Positions 62,718 through 64,000 of a stretch of 64,000 nt of DNA are shown here, one piece after another. The notes under the pieces are model-generated. The model was given only the letters and a program-made list of their open reading frames with translations. It made no database searches and was not told the DNA's origin. How positions within the stretch are numbered: the stretch's first letter is position 1; each line of letters opens with the position of its first letter. The position numbers and the translations under genes were made by a program. Where the stretch lies: the IMG/VR virus record IMGVR_UViG_3300036828_000389, positions 11,517 to 75,516 of that record, one strand, 5' to 3'. This DNA is from a virus.

Positions 62718-63125
62718 ATGCCTTCTCCATCGCGGTCGTGGATAAATAAATCCGCCCTATCCCAACTCGCCCAGGTGGCGCAGGCATATAAGAAAATGGC
62801 CTCCGTCAACACGGTGGAACAGGCAGCCACTCACGCAGGCGTGACCATGGCTTCGTCCATGACGAACATGGTTCAGTCTCAGCCGGACTTGTCCTCCTAC
62901 GCCGATGTGATCGCAGGCTTCACAGCCTGGGCGGGCCCCGACACTGTTCATGTCGGCATCCCTGAGGACAACAGCCCTCTGCTCAAGCGGGCCCAGGCTC
63001 TGGAGGAGGAGTTCCCCCTCATGGAGACCATCCTCGACATGGAGGCTCAGACCGGTGACACCCAGCGAGCCTTCTATGACTCTCTGGCCAGTCAGGTGGG
63101 TCTCCGAGATCCGGAGCGTCACTGA
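62718..63125 (+). CDS. Hypothetical tail-operon protein
   Basis: TGATG coupling to next gene. Confidence 0.6.
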   Translation: MPSPSRSWINKSALSQLAQVAQAYKKMASVNTVEQAATHAGVTMASSMTNMVQSQPDLSSYADVIAGFTAWAGPDTVHVGIPEDNSPLLKRAQALEEEFPLMETILDMEAQTGDTQRAFYDSLASQVGLRDPERH

Positions 63126-63874
63126 TGTCGCTGGCCCCTGGTCCGATCTTCGACACCCAGCCAAACCCGGACACCGGCTTCCTGGGTCTCTACACCGAAG
63201 AGGACATGGGGCTGAAGGCTCTGCTGACCGGGCTCACCGTTCTTGACCTCAACGCTCCGGAGCCGACGCCCAGACCGGTGCCGGTGTGGTTCTTAAATCC
63301 TGAGCGTGAGGAACGGAGGATCACCTACCCGAATATCACCATCAACTTCACGGGCGAGCGCGTAGCTCACGAACGAGAGCATCGGGGCTGGGTCCAGATC
63401 CACTACTGGTACCTCCAGAACGTGCTGTTCGATGATTCCTTCCCGCCGATGATGGACTACCCCCTGCCGATGGACTTCGACTACACCGTCACGGTCTCGG
63501 CCAGGATCAACCAGCACATCTCTCAGCTGAGTGGTGCCCTGGCTCTGGGTGCGTTGCATCCCCGCTTCGCCCACGTCCGCTGTCCCGGTGGCACGGACCG
63601 GCGGCTCTGGGTGCTGGCCACCTCCCGCACCAACAACATGGAGGTCGACAAGCGACTGTTCCGGCAGATCTATCGGCTGCGGATCGAGACTGAGATCGAA
63701 GACGTGGTGGCGATCAGCCAGACCCGGGTGAAGGAAGTCGTGCTACGACTCATCGACAAGGACACCGGAACGCTGTTGATGGGGCCCGCTGAAGTGACTA
63801 CCACAAACGCATTTAAGTACAACCCGCCCGCCATCCAGACCGGTCAGTACCAATCACAGGACGCAGGAGAATGA
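63125..63874 (+). CDS. Putative tail terminator/completion protein
   Basis: EEDMGLKALL..VPVWF.NPE.E....YP.ITI; precedes sheath. Confidence 0.6.
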   Translation: MSLAPGPIFDTQPNPDTGFLGLYTEEDMGLKALLTGLTVLDLNAPEPTPRPVPVWFLNPEREERRITYPNITINFTGERVAHEREHRGWVQIHYWYLQNVLFDDSFPPMMDYPLPMDFDYTVTVSARINQHISQLSGALALGALHPRFAHVRCPGGTDRRLWVLATSRTNNMEVDKRLFRQIYRLRIETEIEDVVAISQTRVKEVVLRLIDKDTGTLLMGPAEVTTTNAFKYNPPAIQTGQYQSQDAGE

Positions 63875-63875
63875 T

Positions 63876-64000
63876 ATGGCGACCCTAACCCGCCCCGGTG
63901 TCTACGTAGATACGTCACCGTACCCTACCTTTGTCTCTACGAGCCCAGGGGTGGCAGCGGCGGCGTTCATCGCTGACTCACCGCGGGGCCCAACCCTTCC
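63876..64000 (+). CDS. Tail sheath protein, N-terminus (truncated by window edge)
   Basis: MATLTRPGVYVD...AAFIADSPRGP; SD AGGAG. Confidence 0.8.
   Translation, partial: MATLTRPGVYVDTSPYPTFVSTSPGVAAAAFIADSPRGPTL

Noticed and set aside
1-64000. tRNA, rRNA, integrase or transposase genes
   Set aside because: None recognised by eye; tRNAscan/Infernal would be needed to exclude small RNAs.

Overview
This window is a 64-kb segment of a high-GC, lytic-looking tailed phage, most likely a large contractile-tailed (myovirus-type) actinobacteriophage. The call rests on two WhiB genes, leaderless TANNNT promoters, baseplate J/gp25-like genes and the start of a tail sheath gene. Layout: (1) 1-9.3 kb, + strand early/accessory region: PAPS-reductase-family PP-loop enzyme, a motif-rich non-coding tract, a vWA protein, a diGly-terminated small protein coupled to a Cys-His partner, and many small Zn-binding ORFs. 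(2) 9.2-21.8 kb, - strand baseplate/minor-tail block plus Pro/Arg-rich proteins. (3) 21.8-41.4 kb, - strand replication/recombination block: RuvC, Acb2/Tad1-like sponge, DUF3310, Cas4-like nuclease, WhiB, resolvase, RecA, small basic proteins, PolA, SSB, SNF2 helicase, primase, DnaB, DnaC-like loader, second WhiB. (4) 41.5-55.7 kb, + strand packaging/head block: TerL, portal, scaffold, MCP, 1595-aa repeat fibre. (5) 55.7-62.6 kb, - strand lysis and fibre/neck block. (6) Start of the tail operon. Most notable observations: a translationally coupled ubiquitin-like(?) -LVGG protein and CCHP partner near a vWA gene; a 27-aa C-terminal tag shared by three otherwise unrelated proteins; an RR(L/I)xR tail motif on many DNA-metabolism proteins; a fixed-spacing late-promoter box (GGGTGRYYNYGG, 31 nt before the -10); and short AT3-recoded patches in core genes. 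All family assignments are motif recognition by eye, not database searches. I saw no tRNA, CRISPR array, integrase or reverse transcriptase.
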